In this document: piece by piece, positions 40,640 through 54,786 of the stretch
Numbering within the stretch: position 1 is the first letter of the stretch
How the letters are laid out: the number at the start of each line of letters is the position of its first letter
DNA from: the human T2T-CHM13v2.0 reference genome, Homo sapiens
DNA length: 64,000 nt
Direction: 5' to 3' (one strand)
NCBI RefSeq assembly: GCF_009914755.1
Contig: NC_060944.1
Program-made: the position numbers and the translations under genes
Notes under the pieces: generated by a model
Database searches by the model: none
Seen by the model: the letters and a program-made list of their open reading frames with translations, nothing else
What the model was told of the DNA's origin: nothing

Positions 40640-40900
40640 ATAATTAATAATACCATATAATGATCTGTAAAGCATATATTGATATGTAAAACACTGTGCT
40701 AAGTACACATATATAAGCACAACTCTTATAGCAATGCTTTGAGGTAAATGCTTTATTAACTCCATTTTACAGATGAGGACACTGAGGCTTAAAGAGCTTA
40801 AATAACTTACTAAAAGTTACATATGTGGAAATAGTGGAATGGAGCTTGGAGTCAAAGCATACTAGGCTCTAAAACTTGGGCTCTCAATCACTTTATTAAC
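40640..40900 (-). mobile_element. MIR SINE
   Basis: ccattttacagatgaggacactgaggct (antisense MIR core). Confidence 0.85.
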
Positions 40901-43011
40901 CATAATAGAGACATTAATTCTCAGTCCTTAGACCTCTTAAGTCTCACCATGATTCATGATGATAATTATCAGTGATGATTGACATTTCTGTATACTCACT
41001 ACTGCTCTGTGCTCTGTGCTGTATGTGAGATAGCTTATTAAAAGTCTTCACAATCATCATATGAGACAGGCATATTACTGTCTGTTATATGTATACCTAG
41101 TGTATCTAGTAGTTACAGTAAGCACTCCATAAATATAAATCAATCTTCAGCTTACAGAAGAGAAAGCTGCAATTTAGAGACTAAATTACTGACTATAGCA
41201 CCTGTGGGAATGTTCTTTTAAAAAAAGTGACTTGGGTGTCATGAGTCTTTCCATTTCAGTTTTTACAGATTGCATCCCTTCTCTTCTAAAGAAAAAAAAT
41301 TAAAAAGGGGGAAAGCAGTGTGACTTCTCTAGGTTAAAGCGACCCCTAAGTTAAAGAGGAATGAAGAAATTTACATTTCATAAGCTTAGAGTTCCCATTG
41401 AGAGTTCCGTCTCTCCACTTCCCACCTCCAACACATATACACACACACCTTTGTATTACTTTAATACTTTTGTGAATCAACAGAGAACCCAATTTTGCTA
41501 AAATCAAGGTGGCACAATTTAGCTTCCTGAGACTGGTCATAGTCAGCCTTCACATTAACTTTGAGCAGGGAGGGAAAAAGCAGCAGACACGAGGACTGAG
41601 AGGCTCTAGCTACATAGTCTGGCTCAGGCTTCTCTACCGTGAAAAATGATGGGAAAAAGAAAAAGAAAAAGAAGCAGAAAAACAAAACCCGAGACAGAAG
41701 GTAGGAGGAGACACTGGGGCAGCTCCAGCTTTCAGCAAGCCGGCTCTGTTCCACTTCCTTTTGATTGTCCAGGAAAGCTAAGAAAAGTAAAAACAAGGCT
41801 GTGACTCCGTGGAAGCAGCCCTGTGGAAACGTTATGTTAAACAATTGGCCTGTGGGTCAATTGTGAAGGGCGTTAATGTGCGAGACCCCGATAAAGAGAT
41901 TTGCACGAATGGCCACAAAGCATTTCATATTTAAATATGGATCCAAGTTTCTTCTGCACAACAGTATAAATATAACTAAGGTGGGGTGGAGAAGGAGATT
42001 TGGAAATCAGCCGATTTGAAGGAAGCCAACACAAACACTCCAACAAATGCAGCATTTCGCACAGCCTTTGTGCTCATTGCTTGTTGTTGGCATGAACTCA
42101 TAAAAACAGAAAAAGGCCATGAAGGGTAGTGGTTGAGATATTGCATGCCCTGGTGGTAATGAAATACACTGTTTATCTGAAAACAACCTTCATGTCAGTG
42201 TGCTTTGCATTTCCTGAAGGTGATAGTCTATTTTATTTTGTTTCTTGATGGTAGTAAAAGTCTAGAAAAACGTACAATTTTTCAGAAGGGCCTTAATTTA
42301 TTTTCTGTGGTTATCTCATTGTGAGATAAGTAAGAAGAGCGTAAGTCCCCAATCTTGAAAACTTTTTTTAAACTAGTTGTTTAATATAAGAATATATTTT
42401 AGCCTCTTTAGCAAATTCATACTGCACGAAAGGATATTCTATAATAGACTAAGCAGGCCATATAAAATTAGTAAAGTTGGATGTGGTGCCTGAAAATATT
42501 TGGCAGAATTCCCTGGAAAGCCACATGTGAACATTTTTAATATATATTATGAGGCAGAAAAGAATAATTATCTTCAATTGAAGTTCCCAGTGAAAGAAAT
42601 GTATTTGTACAGTCCTTTCAAAGAAAACCCTCAGTATTGACAAATTGTGTTTGGGATGGTGGCTTCTCTGCTGTGGCTTGTGGCTTGCTTCTCATAGAAA
42701 AAGCAGACATTACTCTGCTATTTCATGTGACTTCTACCTTGAGCAAGGTGTTTTTGCCAAGGGCTTTGGAACATTGGCTGAGAAATCTCCAGAACAAATA
42801 CTTTTGAACCCTATGGGTGTGATACTGTGGAGAGGGCAGGGCATCAAAACTACCTTGAGTGACTATTTCTCAACTTTATTTCTAACCTGGGCTCTTGGTT
42901 TGGGATAAATTGCACATCTCCTTTCTTTACTTCCTTCTCTGGAGAGGGTCACTTTTCACTCAGGGCACCCATATGTGTCTAAAACATTGCATTTTTGAGG
43001 CCAGCCTGTGT

Positions 43012-43460
43012 TTTAGTGTGGGTTGCCACAAACACAGATCCTGATAATAATTTGGTGTAAGAAGATTATTTGGGAGTGGATCCCAGGAAGCATATTGAAG
43101 GAGTGGGAAAAGTGAGAGAGCAAATAGAGAAAGCCAATAAGGGGTTGCAAAGAAACGATTGACTCCTTAAGGCTCAGTCCTGGTGGACCCCTCTGGGCCA
43201 CTGTGCAAAACACAACTGAAAATTATCCATTGTGGGATAGAGCAGCTCAGGCACTTAGCCACCAACTCTGGTCCCTTTTGTGTAGAGGGCTGCTCCTGAG
43301 TTGTTAACCTTCTAGCTGAGACTTTTCAGCCTGCCTTAGGTTGATAGAGCATCCTCCCATAACCTAAGACGAGCCTTGGACAGACTGAGACAGAGAGAAA
43401 TGGTCAATCTGAACAGGAACTCCTTGCAGGCTCTCTTGGCCACGTGAATTTTGGTAGGAA
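43012..43460 (-). mobile_element. ERVL LTR33-like LTR
   Basis: ttatttgggagtggatcccaggaagca...gaaagccaataagggg. Confidence 0.65.
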
Positions 43461-43654
43461 CCTGGGAGCATCAGATATAACCACCATCTCTGACCGTTAA
43501 GGCAGCCTCCTGGCCAAGGCCAAAGCCCTTATTTTTGATAAGCGCCCAATATTTTTTCACTTTTTTCCTTTCCTTCATGTAACTCTTCCCAGTGTTTTGG
43601 AATAACTAGGTAACTATAGCCTTTAATTTCCTTAATTTCTAAGAGAAGTAATAA

Positions 43655-43860
43655 TTATAGAATTTATCATTTATTGAGTGCTCACCCTATGTCAAATGCA
43701 TTGACTTATTTAATTCTTACAACAACCCTATGATATAGGCATTCTTATCCAGGTTTTGCCAACAAGAAAACAGGCTCAGAGAGGTTACATTTCCCAAAGG
43801 ACAGGGTCAGGATTTGAACCCAGGTTCATCTCAATTCAAAGTCCAAGATTTAACTATGAA
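43655..43860 (-). mobile_element. MIR SINE
   Basis: catttattgagtgctc...acaacaaccctatg...ggctcagagaggtta...ggatttgaacccagg. Confidence 0.85.
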
Positions 43861-43941
43861 AACTCAACATTGCCACCACCAAATTGGGATAAGCTGTATT
43901 TCCAGCTATATACAGGATATTCTGGGTGGGTATAATGACTG

Positions 43942-44296
43942 ATATGGTAGCCAGCCTCCAAGATGGTCTTTCCTGGTCCTAATCTCCTGATACTCTAACC
44001 ATTGTACAATCCTCTCTTACAGTACAGGGCTGGCCTGAGTGATCAATAGAATACTGTAGACGCAACAACATGTGGCTTCTGAGGAAGCATTGTAGCCTCT
44101 TGGTTTGTTCATGCTGTGGAAGCCAGCTGCCATGTCAAGAGGATGCTCAAGCAGCCATGTGGAAAGGCCCGTATGGTAAGGATCTAAGGACTCCTGCCGG
44201 CCCCAGCACTAACCTGCCAACAATGCAGCAAGTTACCTGGAAGTAAATTCTCTAGCTCCCAGCCAAATCTTTAGATGACTGTATTTCCAGGTAACA
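43942..44296 (+). mobile_element. MaLR MLT1E/F-like LTR, 3' part missing
   Basis: ggtagccagcctccaagatgg...gaagccagctgccatgt...gcagccatgtggaaaggccc. Confidence 0.7.
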
Positions 44297-45189
44297 TCTA
44301 CAAAACATTGCTGAGAGAAATTAAGAAAGATCTGAACAAATGGTAATATATACCACGTTTATGGTTTTGGAAGACTCAATAATGTAAAATATCTATTAAA
44401 TATCCCCCAAATTGTTCTAATTTAATCAGAATACCAGCAGGCTCTTCACTAGAAATTTAAAAACTAAGATTTGGATGGAAAAGCAAAAGACCTAGAATAG
44501 CCAAAAGAATCTTGACAAGGAACAAAATTGCAGGACTTTCCCTATTGATTTGAAAATTTATTCTGAAGTTACAATAAGTGACATTGTAGTATTGTTGTAA
44601 AGGCAGGCATGCCAATCAATTGAATGGAATAGAGAGTCTAGAAATGGGCCCATGTGTATACAGTCAATTGATTTTTGACAAAGTGACTACATAATTTAGG
44701 GGAAAAAGAATAGATTTTACAACAAATCCTTCTGGAACAACTGAATATCTTCATAGAAAAAAATGGACATTAAACCTCATCTCATGACACATATAACAAC
44801 TAACTCAAATTGGATTCTAGACCTAAACATAAAAGCTAAAAATGTAAAACTAAACATATAAGCTAAAAATATAAAACTTCTGCAAGGAGCTATAGGAGAA
44901 AGTCTTCACAACATTGGGATGGGCAAAGATTTCTTAGACATAACTCAAAAGCACTAATTTTAAAAGAAAAAAATGATTACTGTATGTGATCAAAACTAAA
45001 ACCTCTGCTTTTCAAAATATGTTATTAAGAAAATGCCTCATAATTCTCTTAAGAGAAAATATTTGCAATAATATGTCTGATGAAGAACTTTTATCAAAAT
45101 ATATAAATAACCCTTAAATTCAATAATAAAATGACAGACAACCCAATACAAAAATAGACACTTCAAAAAAGAGATTATAGGAGTGGTTA

Positions 45190-45595
45190 ATGGTATGGAC
45201 TAAATATCTATGTCCTTCAAAAATTTATATGTTGAAGCCCTAACCCTCAGTGTGACTGTATTTGGAGATGGAGCTCTTAGGAGGTAATTAGGATTAGGCA
45301 AGGTCATGAGGGTAGGGCCTTGGTTTGATGGGACAAACCCTTATAACAGGAGGCACTAGAGAACGCTTCTCTCTCCTCTGTCTCTCTCTCTCTCTCTGTC
45401 TTTCTCTACTATGTGAAGACACAGCAAGAGAGTGGCCAACTGCAAGCCAGGAAGAAACCTTCAGCAGATCCCAACCATGCTAGTACCCTGATCCAGACAT
45501 TCAGCCTTCAGAACTGTAAAAAGTAGAATAAAATTCTGTTGTTTAAGCCATCCAGCCTATGGTATTTTGTTATGGCAGCCCAAGCTGAGTGATTT
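45190..45595 (+). mobile_element. MaLR MLT1A-like LTR inside the L1M
   Basis: tggtatggactaaat...gttgaagccctaacc...gtttaagccatccagcctatggtattttgttatggcagccc. Confidence 0.85.
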
Positions 45596-45923
45596 AGCCA
45601 GTAAGCCCATGAAAAGATGGTCAATGTTGTTAGTCATGAAGGAAACGCAAATTAAAAACATAATGAGGTATCAATATATATACATACATCAGAACAGTAA
45701 ATTTTTAAAAATTGAAAATACCAAGTTTCAACATGGATCTGGAGCAACTGGATATCTCATATATTGTTGATATGAGTGTAAAATTGTGCAGCTCTTTAGG
45801 AAAACAGTTTAAGAGTTTATTATAAATTTAAATTATCCATTTAACCCATGATCCAGCAATTCTTCTCTTGGATATTTCCCCAAGATAAATTAAAACTTAA
45901 GTTCACAGAAAAGATTTGTATAC

Positions 45924-46625
<702 letters not shown>

Positions 46626-47640
46626 AAACAATTTGTTTACATTTATGGTGGCTTTATTTGTAATAGTCAAGCACTGAAAACAAACTAAAATAATGGATAC
46701 AGAAATTTCCTCTGGATGAGGGAATACAACTCAGAAATCAAAAAAAGGAACTTCTGATACGTGCGGTAATACAGATGGATCAGTCAGGCATTATACGAGG
46801 GAAGGAAACCATACAGAAAATAGTATGTGCTGCACACTCCATTTAATTGAAATTCCAGTATATGCAAAATTAATCTACAGTGATGGAAGTCAGATCTGTT
46901 TTTTCCTGGAGCCAAGAGCCGGCTGAACACAAAGGAAAATGAGATAACTTTCTGGAATGATGGAAATATTTTGTATCTTGATTGAGGTAGGCTGTTACAC
47001 AGGTGTGCATATTTATCAAAAATGCAAAATGTGCATTTTATTATATGTAATTTGCACTCCAGTTAGGTGTATGAAAAACCAACAATGAGAATGATTGGAT
47101 CATGGATGTTTGTTATAGTATCCCAGTATTTTTCTGTATTTTTAAAAGAATAATTTTTCCTTAAAAGGTGCCTGCCTGGAGTTTACTGACAGGTTTATCT
47201 CTTACCCTCATATTTCACCCTCCTTTTTTGTTGCTTTAGAAAATAATCAACTTGAATTTGGATGTATGAGTGAAAGAGCGACTTTAAAAAAAATCATTTG
47301 GAGCCCATTCATTTTTGGTTACATAGTGATTTTTGGCTTGCAGAGTTCATAGATTTATATTGTTGTAGGCTGTCTCAGAAGTTTTTCCAAAATGCATCTA
47401 AGAGTGCAGGATATTTGTGTGTGGGTGAAGCTTGGGATTTTTTTTTTTTTTTTTATCTTTCTCCTTGAGAAAAGGTTTTTGAAATGTCTAATTAAGTCCT
47501 GGAATGAATTCTTGCTAAGCCAAGCCCATGGGAAAACATGGCTGGGACTGGCAGTTTCCTCATCCAGCCACAACTCCAGGACCCAGGTTTTCCTTCTTCA
47601 AAGATAAAACAGTAGCCCTTCTTCCTTCTGCATTCACCAC

Positions 47641-47968
47641 TTTTTTTTGGTTTTCTTTTTGAGATGGAGTTTCACTCTTGTTGCACAGGCTAGAGAGTGC
47701 GATGGTGCAATCTTGGCTCACTGCAACCTCCGCCTCCCGGGTTCAAGAGATTCTCCTGTCTCAGCCTCCTGAGTAGCTGGGATTACAGGTGCCCACTACC
47801 ATGCCTGGCTAATTTTTTTTTTGTATTTTTAGTAGAGACGGGGTTTCACCATGTTGACCAGGCTGGCCAGGCTGGTCTAGAACTCCTGAATTCAGGTAAC
47901 TCAGGAGATCCACCTGTCTCAGCCTCCCAAAGTGCTGGGATTACAGGTGTGAGCCACCACACCCGGCC
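47641..47968 (-). mobile_element. AluS (Sp/Sq-like) with two small internal duplications
   Basis: Antisense Alu; ccaggctggccaggctgg and ttcaggtaactcagg; degenerate TSD tcaccactttt / tcatcactctt. Confidence 0.9.
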
Positions 47969-48314
47969 TCATCACTCTTAAACTCCCAGTTGAACTACTT
48001 TTTGTTTCTTGATATAAAAGTCCTTAACACCTAGTGAGAAGATCAAACCTTTGTGGGTCAAATCTTCAATGAAAGTCAGAAAACCTTAATCATCTCATTC
48101 ATTTTATGGTACCTGGAAGTAGAAATTGTTCCTTCTAGACAGGAACGTTGCCTGTCTTGTTCATTGTGGTATCCCTATCACCTAGAACCACGTTTAATAA
48201 ACATACATTTTACTGATGAAGAAATAGATGCCCAGAGAGATTTAAATGAATAGCCTAAAATCATACAGCCCATGACCCAATAATTCTACTTCTGAATATA
48301 TATACAACATAATT

Positions 48315-48835
48315 AAGAATAGGGTCTCAGGGAGATATTTGTACACTCATGTTCATAGCAGCATTATTCACGACAGCCGAAATGTGGAAGCAACCTAAAT
48401 GCCCATCAATAGATGAATAGATTGACAAAATATAGTGTATGAAAACAATGGAATATTACGCAGCCTTAAAAAGGAAGAAAATTCTGACATATGCTACAAC
48501 ACAGATAAAACTTGAGGACATGATGCTAAGTGAAATAAGCCAGTCACAAAAGGTCAAATACTACATGATTCTCCTTATATGAGAAACCTATAGTAGTCAA
48601 ACTCATGGAGACAGAAAATAGAATAGTGGTTGCCAGGGACTGGAGAGAGGAAAAATAGGGGGTTGTTTAATGGATATAGAGTTTTAATTTTGTAGATAAA
48701 AAGAGTTCTAGAGATGGAAGGTGGTGATGGTTGCACAAAAATGTGAGTGTAATTAATACCACTGAACTATACGGTTAAAAATAGTTAAGATGGTAAATTT
48801 TGGGTTACGTGTATTTTGCTGCAATTTTAAAAAGT
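48315..48835 (+). mobile_element. L1MB-type 3' end
   Basis: catgttcatagcagcattattcac...gtggtgatggttgcac...ggttaaaaatagttaagatggtaaatttt. Confidence 0.85.
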
Positions 48836-48869
48836 CGCACAGCTAACGCATGACAAGAGTGATGGAACC

Positions 48870-49208
48870 TGATGTGGTCTGAATGTTTGTGTCCCTCCAA
48901 AATTAAATGTTGAAACCAATCACCAATGTGATAGTATTTGGAGGTGGGGCTTTTCGGAAGTGGTTAGGTCATGAGGGCAGAGCCCTCATGAATGGGATTA
49001 ATGCCCTCTTTGTCCCTTCCACTGTGTGAGGACACAGCAAGAAAGCACCATCTATGAGTCAGAAAGTGGGCCCTCACCAGGCACGAAATCTGCTGACGCC
49101 TTGATCTTGGGCTTCCCAGTCTTCAGAAGTCTGAGCAACACATCTCTGTTGTTTATAAGCTACCCAGTTTATGTTATTTCCTCGCAGTGGCCTAAACAGA
49201 CCAAGACA
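48870..49208 (+). mobile_element. MaLR MST/MLT1A-like LTR
   Basis: tgatgtggtctgaatgtttgtgtccc...gccctcatgaatgggatta...cagaccaagaca. Confidence 0.85.
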
Positions 49209-49431
49209 GAACCCAAACCCATGTCTTCTGGATTTCAAGATCAAAATTATATTTTTTACAGCCATGTACAATTTTGGATACTGTGAGGCAGGTTTCTCCC
49301 TAGCTTACTTGTTATAGAGGAAGATCATGAATTTGATTACTTAATACTATGACTTCAGAGATTTAGGGATAGCTCTGCCACTCATGAAAAGAAGCTTCTT
49401 AATTTGCTTGATGTTGCCTGATGTTTCACTA

Positions 49432-49610
49432 AGTTAGTGATTCTCATTCTTGGCAGCACATTGGAATCACCAGAGAAGATTTAAGAAATACTGATGCCTA
49501 GGTTCTGCCTCTCCCAACCCCAGGCATTCTGATGTAATCTAACTGGGGTGTGAACTGGGCATTGGGATTCTTAAAAGCCCCATGCCCAAATGCAGCCAAG
49601 AATGGCTTCT
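49432..49610. mobile_element. MER5B-like MITE
   Basis: cttggcagcacattggaatcacc...aaatactgatgcctagg...aatgcagccaag. Confidence 0.6.
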
Positions 49611-50201
49611 CTATTAGGAGGCAGATGTCTGGATTCCTTACAGAACAGGGTACCTCTGTGCAACAGAACTCTAAACGTTTCTCAGATCACAAGCACTAAG
49701 CCAAATTGTGGTCATAGGCAACTTATGCTCAGCTCCAGAGGAAAGTTTACCAGCTCCTTTCCCAAACTTTCGAGAGGGAGGAGGAGTTAACATAAAATGT
49801 GTTAACATAACGTGTCTTTAAAGTAAGAACCTGAAGTTTGGCTGCTGGGATTGGAATTCTGACTGCATCACCTGCTATCCATGTGACTTCAGCCTAATTG
49901 CTTAACCTCTCTGAATCCCCAAATGGACATGATATGGTTTCTTGCCCACAGAATTACTTGAGAAACAGATAATTCCTCTAAAGCACAATATCTAACAGAG
50001 GCTGAAAACTTAGTTTTACTACTTATTATAAAGAACTCATATTCTTGATGTCTGGTATTATTTTTTTCCACTATTTCATGATGAGACAAATTTCTCTTAC
50101 ATGATATTTAGGTCTATTCTGCATGGCATGTGCTGCCCTGTGTTTCTGAAGATCAAGGGGAGAGGAGGGAAAAATGCAGGGAGAGAGATTGGTAAAGGGA
50201 G

Positions 50202-50203
<2 letters not shown>

Positions 50204-50237
<34 letters not shown>
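50204..50237. repeat. (TG)n microsatellite
   Basis: Directly visible. Confidence 0.95.
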
Positions 50238-50240
<3 letters not shown>

Positions 50241-51453
50241 AAAATGGAGAAAATAGAGCAAGAGAGAATGGTCAGATTACCAAAGGCATTTACTAAAAGA
50301 TGGCAACTGGAGAAAATTTTGTGACCTCTGAACTTGATACCAGACGGAAATGGAAGCTTCAAGAAGAGACCAGGAAGCGAAGATCTGAAGCATCCTTAGA
50401 AGGGAGAGGGCTGCCATCCAGGGATGGAAAGAACCTTGGCAAAAGAGGTGGAGAGAAGAAGAAAGAATGAGCCTTGGAATCAACCAGGAGGAAAGAAAAT
50501 TCAGAGAAACACCGTGAAGGCCAACACTTCAAAGATTTATGTTTTTATGCTGCTACATGAAAAGTTAAACTTGGAAGAAAAGAATGTTCTGAATCATTTC
50601 TGCAAAGGAAAAAGCCATCTTGGAACTGTACATAGGAGCTAAAGCAAATGGAGGCTGTGTGATGATGAATCCAAATTCACCACATCTTCTTCCAGACTTG
50701 AGGGCTGCCTGGGCCCCTGTGCCTACCACTCCCCGCAACCCATGCTAATGTCATACCCTTTGCAGTGGGGAGGAAAGACTGCCTTGACCCAGTTGCAGAG
50801 AGCTCAGAGGAGGGAGGCACCTGCCCAAGGGAATGAGCTCAGATCCTCTGATAATGGTGCAGCTGGAGGCCTGGCGGAGGTCCATGAGGGTCACCATCAA
50901 GGGCTTTTGTCGTGCTGAAGGGTGTGTTGTCCAAGCACCTCGGGTGGGTGCTGAGAATATTCATAACTCATTCCCGATTGTGTTCATTCCATTTGCTGAC
51001 TAATTATTTTGAGACTTAGTCAGAGGGAAGGGTTTTGGCTGTTCCCTTCTGTGCACAAAACATGAGCCTCCACTCTCACTAGCTGGGAGAGTCAGCCCTT
51101 TTCTCCATCATCAGGCAGGTTTACAAATCTCTGCTGTAAGACTGGCCACCCCTCTGTCCAACCTTCCACTCCCTCAAAGTTCCTTGGTGCCCTTGCTAGA
51201 ATAGGCCTGAGTGCACAGTGTGCAGAGATCTCTAGGGATTCTTCCATCCTCTTCTCTCCCTTCTCAGCATGGCACCCCATACAGGGGTAAGAAAGGGAGT
51301 TCGGGCTCCTTCAGTTTCCATCCTATCCAACAACTTGGTGGCTCCCAATTAGATTAGCTCAGAGAAAAGAAAACCTCCAAGGAGTTCCCACAAGCCAAGG
51401 GCTGGGCCCCGTCCCTGGTGCCACTGGGTCACCTAGCCTGCACTTTTTTTGAG

Positions 51454-51470
51454 TGTGTGTGTGTGTGTGT
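51454..51470. repeat. Short (TG)n
   Basis: Directly visible. Confidence 0.85.
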
Positions 51471-51944
51471 TTAATATGACAGTTCAGGCTTGAAAACCAG
51501 TACGTTTGGAAATATAAACTAGATGAAAACAAGCTATAATGAAAGTGAAAAAAAAAGATATCAGTTTACTGTTGATTGAAAATCAGGACCAGATGAGATT
51601 GGGAGGCTCCGGGCATTTAATTTGCTAGAGGAGGTCACTTCTTGGAGAAAACCAGGCCCAGGCTACATTGGCTTCCCATCAGCAATATTGTGTTTGTTTA
51701 TTTGTGCCCTTCCCTGGTTTGTGGAGGGAAATAATGAGCCAGCTGGTTTTCAGTTCTTTCTGCCTTTCTATATCATGGAGTGTTTCATTTCATTTCATTC
51801 TGTTTGGAAAGGTGGGTGGATAGGAAAGAACATCAGCATGACTAGTAACCCAAGAGTCCAGTTTGTTTCCTAAAAAGCATGGGATGCTCGAGAGGGAAAG
51901 AGAGGTGTCAGGAAGCAGGAAGGATGCTCAAGCATCAGTCAAGC

Positions 51945-52175
51945 GAATTAACAAATCCATTACCTCAGGTTGCCTTTTTCTTTTTGTGGTAACAACATAA
52001 AATCTACTATAAAATCTACCCCTTTAGCAAGTTTTCAGTGTATAATACAATATTATTAACTATAGTCCTCAAGGACAAAGAAATTTTGGTATGTATATGC
52101 AATGGAATATTATTAGACCTTAAGAAAGAATATCCTGCCATTTGCAACAATATGGATGAAGCTGGTGGACATTAT
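51945..52175. mobile_element. Two abutting L1MA-type fragments in opposite orientation
   Basis: Antisense 3'UTR piece (about 51945-52070) joined to a sense ORF2-end piece (about 52072-52175). Confidence 0.6.
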
Positions 52176-54664
52176 TTATATGTTCTTTTTAGCATCAGCA
52201 CAAAAACACTATCACATAACACAATTAATATTAATTCTTTAGCATCATCGAATATGCAGTTGGTGTTCAGTTTTCCTTGATTGTCTCAAAAATGTCTTTT
52301 ACAGTTGGCTTTCCAATCAGAATCCAAATAAAGTCCATATATCTTTAATTTTCTATAAAGACATTTAATATTTTTATTACTTAATTTGTTTATTGTTTTG
52401 TTAATTAGTTTGTTAATCATCTGTATGCACCCTTTAAAGCCCCATGAAAATGGAAGTTACCTGAGTGCTACCCAGTCTCTGTCAATTTCGTACATCAGAG
52501 TCTCCCAGCACCTGGTGTAGCACTCAGGTGCTAGATCCTCGGTAAGTATCTACTGAAAGAATAAATAATGAATGAAAGGACAAATATGTTTGTATATCAC
52601 TTGTGTATATTTAAAACCTCCCTTTTGGGCCCCATAATGCATAGGACTCCTGACTTGATTCTTTTCTTCTTGCTCAAGAAAAATGAAAAAAATGTGAAAA
52701 CTGAGCTAAAAGTTATGAAATTATCTTGAAGTAGTCCTCAGAAAACTATGCTAACTAGTAACATGTTCTAACAAGACTGAGTGATAAATATACAAAGACA
52801 ACCTTTTTTTTGTTAGGTGAATTAAAAAAGGTTGAATCAGCTTTATTTAGAGTAATTTATGAAGTAAAAGCAGACTAAAAATGTGTTTACTTTTAAAATC
52901 TCTAATTCTATCAGCACCTATCAAAAGAATTTCAGGTTCTTTTGAGCAGGACTTCAATTTAATTCATATAAAATTATGTAACGGGAATGTTTTTATCCAT
53001 TGTCACAAATATTACAGGAGTTATAATTCAATCTTTTAATGAATTACTACTTTGAAATAGCAGGTAGCTGAAAAGACAATCTGTAGGGATATGAGGAAGT
53101 GTCCATGAAATTTCAAGGTTACATATCCTACTATCATTCCAGAAATAGTATGCTTGCAGTTTATTTTTTGTAAATTCAAGAAAATCTTACAAAATTCTTA
53201 TGAGACTGAGTGATTCAAAACCTCTTTCCTTTCAGGCTCATGCAAAATTCTCACAGGTGATCTAAAAATGCAAATTTTGATTCATGGGACAAGTAGAATC
53301 CTTCAGATCTTGTAGTTGGCTTGAGTGCTAGCATATGGCCTATAGTATTAAGGCGAAATGGAGAAAAAAGCGTGAAAAGACAAAAGACAATTTATGCGAG
53401 CCTCAGGACGAAACTTGGAAAAAAACTCAGTTTCTACCTTCTTAATTCAAACAGCCATTAAAAGACTAATGACTACATAATATAGCATTAAAATATCCAT
53501 GCACAAACACACACATTTTTCATTATTTTACCCACATTATGCATGTGACCTCTGTACATAAAATATAAAAGAATGTCAGAAATAGCAAAGTTGCCAAGGT
53601 TACACAGAGACTGCTATTTTAGATGATCTAAAAAATTTTAATGATCGCACACATAGATCTGAGAGATGCAGAGGCACACAGCTGTAGCCTTAGAACCCAG
53701 CTTTATTTACCATCTGTCTGTTAGCACCATGAATCTTGGCTGAGAGCTGCTCTGCAGATCTGAGAATTCTGTCTTCTTTTCCAAGCACTCTGGGCTGAGT
53801 TTTTCAGGGGATTAATGGAACCTAGAAGTAATGTTTCCCTGCTCCCAAACTTGGGGCAAAACAAGGGCAGGTTATTAACTTCAAGGCAGGTTATTAACTT
53901 AGTTATGGGCTCTTCATATGCTTTTGCTTGTAACTGTGTGGCAGACTAGACATTTAGTCACTTACCTTCTGTAAGGGAAGTCACTTAATGTAGATGCTCA
54001 AGGAATCCCACGTCCAAATACGGTCATTGCTGAATTTGATGGGAGAAAAAAAGGACTGTATTTTTGCTGGCTAATGCGGCATTTCTGGATGTTCATTAAG
54101 CTGTTAAAAAATGTGAAATGATGACTCACTGTGAAGCCTTCCCAACCCCCTTCCCTGCTCCAATTTGCCTGCGGCTTGAAGGAATGTATACTGACTTGAG
54201 TTAAAGAAGAAACTTGTGGTTTCCATTATAGTCTGTAAACATCGATTGCTGAAAGCCTCAAGTGTGCTATCATCTCCTGCCACACACATGCTTTATATAC
54301 AGTTCATCTTGGAAAACAGATTGGGAGAGCACCGTGTTTACAACTCCAGAGTAACCCAACTAATGGGGGGCTGGTCTGCCTGGGGGTCTCGAGACCATCA
54401 CTGTTAACAGTGGAGGTCCCCTCTGATGTCTTTTAAGCCAAAGTATCAAGAGAGAAGCCAAAGACAAGCCTCATTAAAGAAAGATCTTCCTGGTACCCAC
54501 AGTGGTTCTTTGCTGCTTTATCATCAGCAAAAGAGACATAAAAAAATCTTTGCTTCTCTTTTAGGTTGTATCCTTAGGCCTTATTCTTGATGTCATTGAA
54601 AAGTTGGTTTATCTATTATTTCCAAGGCCACTGGCAATGCTATCATTTTTGATTAATGATTAGT

Positions 54665-54786
54665 TTATGGCTAAGTAGTATTCCATGGTTAGGTGATGGT
54701 TATATTGAAAGCCCAGATTTCAGCACTATGTAATATAGCCATGTAACAAAATTGCATTTGTACCCCCTAAATCTATTTTTAAAAAG
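54665..54786 (+). mobile_element. Very short L1PB-type 3' end with an inverted 5' piece
   Basis: aggtgatgg...aaagcccagatttcagcact...tacccc plus A-tail, preceded by antisense L1 tttatggctaagtagtattccatggt. Confidence 0.7.
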
